Source of the DNA: Macrostomum lignano
Taxonomy: Eukaryota
Reading direction: 5' to 3'
DNA length: 64,000 nucleotides
NCBI GenBank assembly: GCA_002269645.1
Contig: NIVC01001476.1
Location: 1 to 64,000 of the forward strand
Of this stretch, positions 11,188 to 21,127 are shown piece after piece. Position 1 is the stretch's first letter. Each line of letters begins with the position of its first letter. A program made the position numbers and the translations under genes. The notes below the pieces were generated by a model that was not told the origin of the DNA, made no database searches, and was given only the letters and a program-made list of their open reading frames with translations.

Positions 11188-11859
11188 ATGAGTCAATTTA
11201 TGGACGTTGATGGAGAGTTAGCGATTTATAAAGAGAAGCAAAGATATTCTGATTTTGTTAGAAATTTACAAAAAAGAAAGTTAGGAATACAATTAGCTGG
11301 TGAAAGATTTGCTGCTCCTTTTGTTAATCCTATTACTGGGAAAATTAGTGAACTAGAAAAAACAGATAAAGATCTTCTGGAAAAAATTGCTAAAAATACT
11401 GAGCCAAAAGAGGATGAAATTTTGGATGAGCCGCCTGCTTATGAGACTGATCAAGCAATATTTAGAGTTGCAGAAATTAGACGTGAAGAGATTAGGGGTG
11501 GAGTTGAACAATATCCGAGACCTGCACCAACTAGTATTGCTGTTACAGATTTAGGTAATAATAATTATCGAATTGGTGGAGTTGATAAAAATCGGAATGA
11601 ACTATATACAGAATTGGGTGGAGCATATAATATTGTTATGAACCCTAGGGTAAAGTTTAACCCTGATTTATATACTAGGGATGAATTAATAAGTGCTAGA
11701 ATTTTTTATGATGAGTTAGGAGGAGCTGTTAAAAATACCAGCTTGTATAAATGGATTGTTAATTCTATAAATAACAAACCAGCTGTTGGTGATGGATTTA
11801 AAACACCGCGAAAACTTGTTTTAGCTGCTGCGAAAGCTGCTGGACATACTGGAGTTTAA
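11188..11859 (+). CDS. Polinton hypothetical protein, 223 aa
   Basis: Clean ORF; N-terminal LQKRKLGIQ...PITGKI resembles a recurrent Polinton accessory ORF. Confidence 0.7.
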   Translation: MSQFMDVDGELAIYKEKQRYSDFVRNLQKRKLGIQLAGERFAAPFVNPITGKISELEKTDKDLLEKIAKNTEPKEDEILDEPPAYETDQAIFRVAEIRREEIRGGVEQYPRPAPTSIAVTDLGNNNYRIGGVDKNRNELYTELGGAYNIVMNPRVKFNPDLYTRDELISARIFYDELGGAVKNTSLYKWIVNSINNKPAVGDGFKTPRKLVLAAAKAAGHTGV

Positions 11860-11886
11860 TTAATTGTTAAATTTATTTTTTATAAA

Positions 11887-12504
11887 ATGGATGAAACAAA
11901 AATTTGTAATAAATGTAAAGAAGAGAAAATTTTGGATTATTTTAGATTTCGTAGAGATCAAAATAGATATTATAGTATTTGCAAACCTTGTGAGAGAAAG
12001 TATGATAAAGAATGGTATGAGAAAAATCGTGAATATAAGCTTCAATGGAAAAAAGAATATGATAAAAATAATATAGAAAGGCGCAGAAAATATCAAAATG
12101 AAAGAAGATTAACTGATGAAAATTACAAACTTATTTTAAACACACGAAATAGAATATATTCTCTTCTAAAATCTAATAATGCTCGAAAAAATAATCATAC
12201 TGTTGATTACCTTGGTTGCTCAATTGAATTCTTTACTGATTGGTTAAATTTCACAAAACATTATTATGTGCCAAAAGATTATATTGGTGTTTTGCATGTT
12301 GACCATTTTATTCCTGCTTCATCTTTTGATTATCGCGATGAAGAACAAATTAAAAAGTCTGAAAATTGGAGAAATAAAAGATACTTAGTTGCTGTAGATA
12401 ATATTTCAAAAAATGATAAACAACCAACCATAGAAGAATTTGCAAAACAATTGGTGCTTTCATGTATTTTTAAGGCTATTAAAAATGAGCCAAATAGTGT
12501 TTGA
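11887..12504 (+). CDS. Free-standing HNH-type endonuclease with N-terminal Zn finger
   Basis: CNKC...CKPC; helical LNTRNRIYSLLK..YLGCS; HVDHFIPASSFD...NWRN...DNISKND (HNH fold as in NCLDV/phage homing endonucleases). Confidence 0.85.
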   Translation: MDETKICNKCKEEKILDYFRFRRDQNRYYSICKPCERKYDKEWYEKNREYKLQWKKEYDKNNIERRRKYQNERRLTDENYKLILNTRNRIYSLLKSNNARKNNHTVDYLGCSIEFFTDWLNFTKHYYVPKDYIGVLHVDHFIPASSFDYRDEEQIKKSENWRNKRYLVAVDNISKNDKQPTIEEFAKQLVLSCIFKAIKNEPNSV

Positions 12505-14087
12505 AGGAGGATTGTTAGATGTTCAAAAAGGATTAACAAGCTTACCACCAATCTTTACTACTGGAAGGTATACAAATGAATTACACATCCCATCTTACAA
12601 CTTCGCGGGTGGAGCTCGAGCTGTGCCCGAGTGGTAGATGCAAAGCTACTGCTAGTCACTATTAGTGGCAACACCAGCCGCTCACTCAATCCCCTAAAGC
12701 TTCAAGTACCACTTTGTTTTCGAAAGATTACAAAGGAACAGAGGTAACTCCTCTTCCCAACGGTAACAAGCTTGAAGATAAATATATGGGCAAGAGTGAA
12801 TCGAAAACCTAACCTCATATGACTTGAGTATGGTTGAGATGCAACGACTGTACGCTGGTGGGCTTGAAGGACTTAGTCAATCCTTATGATAGCTTAAGAC
12901 ACAGTCTACTCCTTTGTGAAAGCAAAGGTATAAAGGCCGGGTTGACTCGACTCGATCTCCGATTAAATCCTGATAATACTCCAAAAGCCGATTCAATTCC
13001 CATTAACGGTATTGATTGGTTAGCATACTATCATGACTTAGCATACAGAGATGCTGATAAGAACTCACCCGAGGAAGCATTAAGATTAAAACATGAAGCC
13101 GATCAAAAAATGATTCAAGGATTAGATAACTTGCAGGGATTATCAGTAGGTCAGAGATTAACTAGGTGGATGGTTAAAAAGATTTTGCAGTCTAAAGTTA
13201 AATTTGGTTTGGGAATTAATTATAATCAACATGGAAATAATTGTGTTGAGTGTTTACTATTAAGTGGCAGTGGGTTAAGTTCTGATGAGGCAAAGATTCT
13301 TCATAAAGAATATCGAAAACCTAAATTTTATAGAAAAATCATGAACTTCAAAAAGAATGAAATTTGGTATGCTGATTTAATGTCGATGCCGAAAGATCTG
13401 GGATATAAATATATCTTAACCATATTAGATGGTTTTACTCGATACGCGTGGGCTGTTCCTTTAAAATCCAAAAAGGGAGAGGAGGTTGCTGCTGCTTTTA
13501 GAAGTCTTGGAGAAAAAAGCGAACGTTTGTGTGTTGACGAAGGAAAAGAATTTTACAATCCTCATATGTATAAATTATATCATTTTGAAAAAGGACAAGA
13601 AAGGAAAAAAGACGCGAATGGGGAGTATATTAATAAAATTTATTCTATTTATGGAGAGAGTAAAAACGCATTAATAGAAAGATTTAATAGAACTTTAGGT
13701 AAGAAATTATGGTTTCAGTTTAGTCTTAATGGTAACCAAAAATGGGTAAAAATATTACCAGACGTAGTGAAAGATTATAACAATTCATATCATTCGGCGA
13801 TAAAGATGACTCCTCAACAAGCTTATAACAATCCTGAAAACGTTAAAGTTACTTTTGGAAAATTTGAAAAAAATAAAAAGAAATCTTTTAAGGTTGGTGA
13901 TTCTGTTTATATCTATAAATGGAAAGATAAGTTTGAAAAAGGAAGAAAAGGATATTGGAAGATAAGTGAGAAATTTACTATCAGTAAAGTTTTAAATACC
14001 AATCCTACAACCTATATAATTGCTGATAAGGACGGTGAAGAAATATTGGGTTCGTTTTATGAGAACCAACTAATATCAGCGAACTAA
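12485..14087 (+). CDS. Parvovirus-type phospholipase A2 domain fused to rve (DDE) integrase; interrupted by a group I intron (exon 1 12485-12610, exon 2 ~12936-14087)
   Basis: Exon 1 ends ELHIPSYNFAG. Exon 2 continues xGLTRLDLRL..PINGID..YYHDLAY..EAD (PLA2), then LHKEYRK, WYADL, VDEGKEF, IERFNRTL, YNNSYHSAIKMTP and FKVGD (integrase). Confidence 0.9.
12611..12936 (+). ncRNA. Group I self-splicing intron (IC1/IE-like core, ORF-less); 3' splice G at 12935 or 12936
   Basis: P1 cgggU/Gcccg with U.G at 12610/12625; P3 12672-78/12854-60; P4 12682-87/12794-99; P5abc; P6a/b; P7 a[c]gactgt/acagtct; J8/7 UAAGAC; P8; P9 with GAAA loop. Confidence 0.92.
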
Positions 14088-14097
14088 GTTCGAACAA

Positions 14098-14322
14098 TTA
14101 CTTGAGACAACATGGTAGTAAATTTTTTATAACAAACAAAAACAATATTATTACTATAATTGTTACTAATATTATTATTGACATTTGTTCAACTGTTATC
14201 AAACTTAAATTTTCATTAAGTTCATTAATCGGCACATTTCCGATGTAGGAATAGTTTACCTTCATTTTTTTATATATATTTTTCACAATAAATGTCGTTT
14301 CTGTTATAGAATAATAGTTCAT
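14098..14322 (-). CDS. Small single-pass membrane protein, 74 aa
   Basis: TAAAAAATG start; hydrophobic IIILVTIIVIILFLFVI near the C-terminus. Confidence 0.55.
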   Translation of the reverse strand: MNYYSITETTFIVKNIYKKMKVNYSYIGNVPINELNENLSLITVEQMSIIILVTIIVIILFLFVIKNLLPCCLK

Positions 14323-14338
14323 TTTTTAAATATTTTTT

Positions 14339-14653
14339 TCACATAAAAATTTCACTTTCATTCTCTGAATCACTGGTTTCATATGAACTATTTGTTGATT
14401 CGGAATCTGTTGATCTAACCTCCCAATCATCCGAATTTAAATAATCTCCAAGTTGAAATATTAACTCACCCTCTTGTTCTAAATCATACATCTCATCTAG
14501 CTCTAATGGATAAAGTTTTAGGTCGTGCTTGTCGTCATATTTTAAATAAACTTCATCAATTATTCCATTCAAAATATGTTGTTTTATTATCTCTGCATTT
14601 TTAGCAACAGTCTCAAAAGTATCACTAACAGAAAAGGTGTAAACTCGGGTCAT
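14339..14653 (-). CDS. Acidic hypothetical protein, 104 aa
   Basis: TAAAAATG start; D/E/S-rich tail. Confidence 0.6.
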   Translation of the reverse strand: MTRVYTFSVSDTFETVAKNAEIIKQHILNGIIDEVYLKYDDKHDLKLYPLELDEMYDLEQEGELIFQLGDYLNSDDWEVRSTDSESTNSSYETSDSENESEIFM

Positions 14654-14707
14654 TTTTAGTAACAGAAAAAGACCCTTCGCGCCTGCGGCGCGGGCAAGGG
14701 GTTATAG

Positions 14708-14978
14708 AGTAGTAGTATAGAAAAAGACGCTTCTAGATCAGACCTTATTTTAATGGCCGTTTGTAAGGTCTTAAGAGGGGGGACGCGAGGGGGGTGTTAG
14801 GGAGTGTTTGGAAGTGTTGGGAAGTGATTTTTATTGTTAGGGGTGATTATGGGTGATTAGATGTGTTAAGGGTGTTTAGATGTGTTTTTTTATTTACCCC
14901 CCGTGTCCCCCCTCTAGACCCTTAAAACGGTCATTAAAAAAGTGCTCTGGGTCTAGAAGCGTCTTTTTATATACTACT
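14708..14978. repeat. Right terminal region of the Polinton: ~85-bp imperfect inverted arms (14711-14796 / 14896-14978)
   Basis: AGTAGTATAGAAAAAGACGCTTCTAGA... at 14711 matches the reverse complement of ...TCTAGAAGCGTCTTTTTATATACTACT ending at 14978. Confidence 0.9.
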
Positions 14979-15269
14979 GATTCCACCTACTTACAGTAGA
15001 AAGCAGATAAATATTAAGCAAATGTTTCAGCAAAAACAAACAACGCGAATACAATACGTAAACTGCTAAGTCAACAGAAAACTATTCCAATTCGAAGTTA
15101 AGTGAAATTTTATGTTTTGATCTGTGCTTAACAGTGCAAAAATTAACAGAATCAATAAAAAACAATTGTAAAAACTTCGCGACCGTTTTTGCATAAAAAT
15201 CCAACAGTAAGAACTTAAATAAATATTACCAAACACTATGACTATTAACAACTACTATCAGCTAATTTG

Positions 15270-16035
15270 ACCAACTTAAAATCCGGATTTTCTGTGCTGT
15301 CGTGCTGCCGATATTCCTTTACGGTCTCGAAGCTCTGCCGGTCACGGAATCTCGCAACCAGGCTCTCGACGCCACCTTCAGAGCTTTGCTGCGGTTTGCT
15401 CTCGATCTCCGCTACCCTGAAGGGCTGTCAAACCGTGCGCTCGCTGCTCGCTCCGGCGTCCCACCAGTGAGCTCCCTCCTGAGAGCGCGGCGACTTCGCG
15501 GCAATGTGCTACGCAGCTACGTTCGAGGGGAAATGAACCCCCTTGCGGTTGTCGTGCTCAATCCGCTATGCGCATACATGCGCAACAGTCTGCCGAGTCG
15601 GCCGATTTGGTGGCCAACCAAGGAAGTCGCAAAAATACCCACCCAAAAATTGTAGTAGTACTAAGTAGCTGACGAGGCGTTTTGGCTTAATAAGACAGTC
15701 ATAGTTACTCCTGCCGTTTACCCAAAGTTGCATTAATTTTGCTTTAGTTTTTTTTACATGTAAGTCGCATTTTTGGCCAAAAAACTACGTCGCATTTTTG
15801 TTAAAACTAAGTCGCATGGCCGACCGAATTTTGGAGGTTGCGCATGCATGTCTATGCGACCCATACCGTCGCGGACATGCGCGCACTGAGACGCTTCTAA
15901 AGAACTTTGCTAGTGACCTTCAAGCCATCTACCTCACCCCACTTGAGGCCACTTCCTGCCCCTCTGAGCTTTTTCGCGAGCGTGTGAGCGCTAAGGTTTT
16001 TGACTCTATAGCGTCTTTTTATCTATCTATCTACC
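15270..16035 (+). mobile_element. 5'-truncated RTE-clade non-LTR retrotransposon (RT C-terminal region), split by a MITE
   Basis: PIFLYGLE..LDATFRALLR..RARRLR, then VLNPLC|DPYRRGHARTETL across the MITE; ends in a (TATC)n tail. Confidence 0.75.
15573..15850. mobile_element. hAT-type MITE (~280 bp), copy 1
   Basis: TIR CATACATGCGCAAC/GTTGCGCATGCATG; 8-bp TSD gctatgcg/tctatgcg; homologous to 57486-57771. Confidence 0.85.
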
Positions 16036-16066
16036 AGCTAATTAATAAAAATATTAAGTAGCACAC

Positions 16067-16663
16067 CTGATCCATAGCGTTAGCGGCGTCGTCCTCCGAT
16101 TCGAACGTGACAAACGCCTTCGGCTTGTTGTTGGCTTTGGAGTCGCCAAACCGGCCGGCGAGGCCGCCAGCGCGATTCTCCATAGCGATGCGCGAGATCG
16201 GACCGAACGGGCTGAACGCCGACCGGAGCATATCTGGATGGATATTGTAGCCCTGCACGAATAGAGTGTTGCCACGGGGCTTATTGGGCTCGGCGCTGTT
16301 CCCTGACGGGGTAGCTGGCGCCGGATCCTGTACGCCGCCAGAAACGAAGCTGTCGTAGAGATTCGAGCGCGGCCGCTTGGCTGGCGGCTGCTGCAGCTGA
16401 TTCTGATGCTGTTGAATCTCGTCAGAGCCGCCGCCAGTAGGCGAGTAGGGCCGATAAGCGGAGACTGGGCCAGTCGAATCGCGGCCTTTCTTCATCAATA
16501 CCCGAGGCGGGCAGGCGCTTTGTATTTTAATTTTGCCCAGTTTCACCAGGCGCTCAGCCGCCACCCTGGCATCTTCGTTAGGCTTAACCGGCGTTTCCTC
16601 CTTCTCGCGATTTGTCTCGGCCTCGGCCGCTTGCCGGCTGCGCAGCTCAGTCAGCTGTTTTCT
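16067..16663 (-). CDS. NELFE: Negative elongation factor E, internal coding exon containing most of the RRM
   Basis: AERLVKLGKIK and RGNTLFVQG..MLRSAFSPFG..AFVTF match NELF-E; AG acceptor at 16665-64, GT donor at 16066-65. Other exons were not located. Confidence 0.85.
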
Positions 16664-16755
16664 CTGCGGCGATTGACAGGCACAGTTAAAATATACAATT
16701 TTTGTAGATCTAAGGTTAACCTTGACCCGGTGAATTAATCCTAAAGCAGAGCAGA

Positions 16756-17320
16756 TAGTAGAGTAGAGTCCTTACTTGGAGATCGGGTAGAGTATGGTCT
16801 CAACTTGGAGATATGGTAGAGTAGGGTCTCAACTTGGAGATCTGGTAAAGTAGGGTCCTTACTTGGAGATCTGGTAGACTGGTAGAGTAAGGTCTCAACT
16901 TGGAGATATGGTAGAGTAGGGTCTTAACTTGGAGATGTGGTAGAGTAGGGTCTCAACTTGGAGATGTGGTAGAGTAGGGTCTCAACTTGGAGATATGGTA
17001 GAGTAGGGTCTTAACTTGGAGATGTGGTAGAGTAGGGTCTCAACTTGGAGATGTGGTAGAGTAGGGTCTCAACCTGGAGATATGGTAGAGTAGGGTCTCA
17101 ACTTGGAGATGTGGTAGAGTAGGGTCTCAACTTGGAGATCTGGTAGAGTAGGGTCTCAACTTGGAGATGTGGTAGAGTAGGGTCTCAACTTGGAGATATG
17201 GTAGAGTAGGGTCTCAACCTGGAGATGTGGTAGAGTAGGGTCTCAACCTGGAGATGTGGTGGAGTAGGGTCTCAACCTGGAGATGTGGTAGAGTAGGGTC
17301 TTAACTTGGAGATCTGCTAG
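16756..17320. repeat. 29-nt minisatellite (ggtagagtagggtctcaacttggagatgt)
   Basis: Direct tandem periodicity of 29 nt. Confidence 0.95.
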
Positions 17321-19369
17321 AATAGAAGCTCAGCTTAAGGAAAGACAATTTTAGGCCAAAGAAACAATCCATTTAACTTACCAATTGCTTTAACAATGCA
17401 TAATTTTGCAGCAGCATTTCCTCTTCTTCAGTATTTTTCTCAGGAAATTTATTTGATTTCTTCATAGTCATTAAATTAAAGCCTAATGATTGTGGGTAGA
17501 AAGAACCTGAAAAAGAAGACATAAGATTTTAATGGTTGACTAAAAATACTTTATTAGTATATTATCTATTACTATTACTAAAAAAGCAACAATTTTTTAA
17601 TTACTTTTTTACTTTCTTTTTGGAAAATTTGCAAAACTCATTTGGCTAGTGTAATTTCAGAGGTACTCATTTGTTTGAATATCATAATGCATATAATGAT
17701 TTAATGTAAGGCTGCAAAAATCATTTATTTATTCCAAACTTACTTGAACCTAGATATTCCAGAATACTATAAAAGAATATTTGCATATACTATGGAGCTC
17801 CAAAAATGATTGGATTGGATTAGCTTATGATAAGTTCTTGAGGAATGTTCTTATGTATTGGCTTTAAATGCTACCTTCCATTGAGCAAAAATTTTAGAAG
17901 TTAGCAAATCACTGTAGTCCTGCATTAACACAAATATACAAGCTTTGCACATAGACAAAATTTAAGCAGATCTAGCAATTAGGCTATTATTTAGCTTCCT
18001 AGTGCATGCTTTTGGTCTGTTGCACAAATACAAGATATTGTTTTAAACAAGCAAGACTGTGCTTGTGCACAAACAAATGAAGAAGAAAAGCATTTTTTGT
18101 CAATTGCCATTTAGTTTATACAGCCTTGAACAAAGTCACAATTTGACAGTGCTGCTATGCATCTTTTGTTTGAAGAAATAATAGTTAGGGGTTTGAGACC
18201 AACTATTTCTAGTTCTATTCACAAGAACTAGAGCATCACCATCTGCCAAAAGGCTTCTACTAACATGATCTTGATGATGACAAGCACAACACATTGTCAT
18301 TGCCTTAGCCAATATGTTGCAGCTTTTATATTGACATATAGACATATTATTGCATAATTGACAGATTCATAGCCAATTGCAAAGGCAATATCAAGCAGAT
18401 GCCGCTGCTTTTTGCCTTTATGTTGCAGTGTAAAACCAAGGACTATAAACATAATCTATGGACAATGCAGTTAGTGCTAGCTGTCAACCTATCATAGCTA
18501 GGCCTTGATCAATTATTTATTTAATTTTCTATTTTACAATACTGAATATACCATTATATAGTGTCCATCATATTTATATATAAGATGAGTTAGAAGTCAA
18601 GATAAAACTTTCAACAAAAAACCTACTTTCAGCAAATTGATTTTTAGCAAATCAACTTGCTACTAGTGACTAAGCATTGGCCTCTAGTAAAAAAATTATT
18701 AGGCCTAGCTTAAAATTTGGGATTTTAATGAGATTTTAAAAACTATTTTGGTATTTTTATTTTATTTGATGAATCTTACTTGCCTAAAAAGATACTTTAG
18801 TCTTAAAAATTTGTCATTGTGACAGGCCTTTTGGCTCTGTCTTTCTAAACTCCTAACTATTAATGCTAGTATTTATTAAATATCCTACGAGCTGCCACCA
18901 AAGTTGTACAGGTATTGTTCCTGTTTGCCAATTAAGCAATTTTTGCGTGTATAATAGGATCAGCAAAGTTATAACAATCTATTAAGGTATAATTATAGAA
19001 CAGACATTCTATCATAGGCACTAGCAAATGAATTATTAAGGTATTTTAGAGACATATTATAGGCACTGGTACATCATGTAATAAAAAAGGTATTATAACA
19101 GTTTGACTATTCTATAATTTGAATCTAGTTTATTTATTCTAACTTTAGTCTCCTTAGCTGTAATAATTATATGTAGTTTATTATAAGGTTCTAATAATAG
19201 GTATTTTGTTTAATTGGTTTCCATTTCTAAGAAATGTGACTCATATTTAAACATGTAAGTTCTAGTCTTTTCTGTAAGCATGTGGCAGCCTTAGACATAG
19301 ATCAATCAATTTAGCATTTGAAAACCATAGCACACTGATTTGGTATATACTGACTAAATTACTGATTGA

Positions 19370-21127
19370 ATGATGACAGTTAGCCACCCAATTGGGATGC
19401 AACACAATAGCAAGTCATCTCAGCCCAAGGAGAATTGGTTGCATGAAATGATGGAGCAACAAGCTGAGACACTGCAAGAGCAACAATGTCTACTAGAAGC
19501 ATTAAGCAATGACTTACAAGGATTGCGCAACAACAACACCCTGGAGCCATGGGAACTGACTCACCATTAGCCATAGGACTCCTGGGGCCAGCGCAACAGA
19601 TGTCTAGTGCCTTTGACTCCTCACTGCAGCACCAACAAAGGTGTCTAATTAGTGACACCCAGCACATGCAATGCACAGCAACCACAATTCCATCAACTTC
19701 AGTATTCCAGTATTCCACTTCCAAGGACACCGCTAGCAAGAGGTCAACTTTGATAGCAGCAGTAGCAGCAGCAGCAACAGTCGAGTTTGCACCTGTTGCC
19801 CTATCAGCTATGGCAACAAAGCGCTATATGCTACAAGTGTGATTGTGAGCATTGCAGCAATGAGTGCCCACATTGACAGTCAGCTAACACCATGCCCCAG
19901 CTTGGGAAATGGGATGGCTGGATGCGCCATTGGGGGCAACGCCATCCAGCAGCAGAGCCAGTGCTAAGGTCCTCACCAAGGACTTAAGCCACTTAACAGG
20001 CCACTGGTAAGACCACCTTTGCACTTATATAGAACACTATACCCAAGTGCCTGCAAAGAGATCCATTTCTAACTGGTAAGATTCAAGGGCATTATTTTGC
20101 TTTTCTGCTTGACATTGGCTCCAAGTGTAAAGTCCTAGGATTCAGCACCTGGCATCAACTATGTACCGACAACCTGACAATATATCGCCAAATCAAGCCT
20201 TCTCTAAAATGCATAGTGACTTACAATGGCAGATCTATCAAAATGGCAAGCCAACTATCTATTAAAGTTAAGATTGGAAATTTTGAGCCTACAGTCAAGT
20301 TTTTGCTCGCAAAGGGATCTCATGACAACATCTTGGGTTTTGAGCTCCTTGAGAAGTATAGCAACTTGTTGGACCTTGTAGTCGGGATGCTGTTTTTCAA
20401 GGATGGCACTGCTATACCACTTGGCTATATGCAAACTGAAGCCACTATGTGCAGAATTTATATGGCTGAGAGCACTACTGTGCCACCACTATCATCAGCC
20501 TAAATCAAAATCAAATTAGAAAAAAGGCATGAAGCTAATCAAGGGACACCTACTGTGATTGAGCCGCTGAAACCAGCTTGCTACAAAGATGAAGTACAGC
20601 ACCTAGATGCCACGCCTACCTTAATATATCAACAGTGAATGAAGAAGGCGCTATCAAAATGAATAGGCCTAATTGAGGTACAACAACAAAAAATGTGACC
20701 GAATACACTCGTTGGGATAGTGAGACTGCTCCAAATGCCCAAATTGCAATTTTTCTTGTTGCCTAAGCCAGAAGCCTCAGTCAATCAGGTCCAAGATGAA
20801 GACCCCGACACTTGGATCAAGGAGATTGACATCAGCAAGAATCTGTCCAGTGACCAGCGACCAGCGTGCTCAAGTCATTGAGCTGCTAAAGTACAATACC
20901 ATCTTCTCTCAGGGGCCACACAATCTTGGCCAAACTCATTTAGTCACCCACAATATCATGCTGAAGGACAAAGATCCTGGTGATCATCCCAAAGAAGGAT
21001 GGCAGCCTAAGAGTTGTACAAGACTTCAGGAGTTTAAACCAAAAGTGCAAGTAGGCCTACTTTACATACTGGATACCAAACATCCAAGAAGCATTCGCCA
21101 GCCTGGAAGGAAGCCAGCTATTTAGCA
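19370..21127 (+). pseudogene. Degenerate Ty3/gypsy LTR-retrotransposon gag-pol fragment
   Basis: Protease-like FLLDIGS and ILGFELL; LGQTHLVTHNI; RT start IPKKDGSLRVVQDFRSLN..IPNIQEAFASLEG; stops and deletions. Confidence 0.8.

Larger units (their letters stand above)
1..14978. mobile_element. Polinton/Maverick (adintovirus-like) endogenous virus, right part; left end lies outside the window
   Basis: Dense AT-rich gene cluster with pPolB, rve integrase, A32-type ATPase, cysteine protease, major and minor capsid genes. It ends in the canonical Polinton terminus ...TATACTACT at 14978. Confidence 0.97.

Noticed and set aside
12834-12935. N-terminus of the ORF-track protein 12834-14087 (MRCNDCTLVG...)
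   Set aside because: It starts at a TTG inside the intron core (P6a-P9). The real N-terminus is exon 1 from ATG 12485.
12611-12936. Spliceosomal or group II intron interpretation
   Set aside because: The 5' end is GG rather than GT or GUGYG, no domain V is evident, and the group I pairings are complete.
14708-14978. Independent MITE inserted at the Polinton end
   Set aside because: The flanks (ttatag or tagagt versus gattcc) give no target-site duplication.
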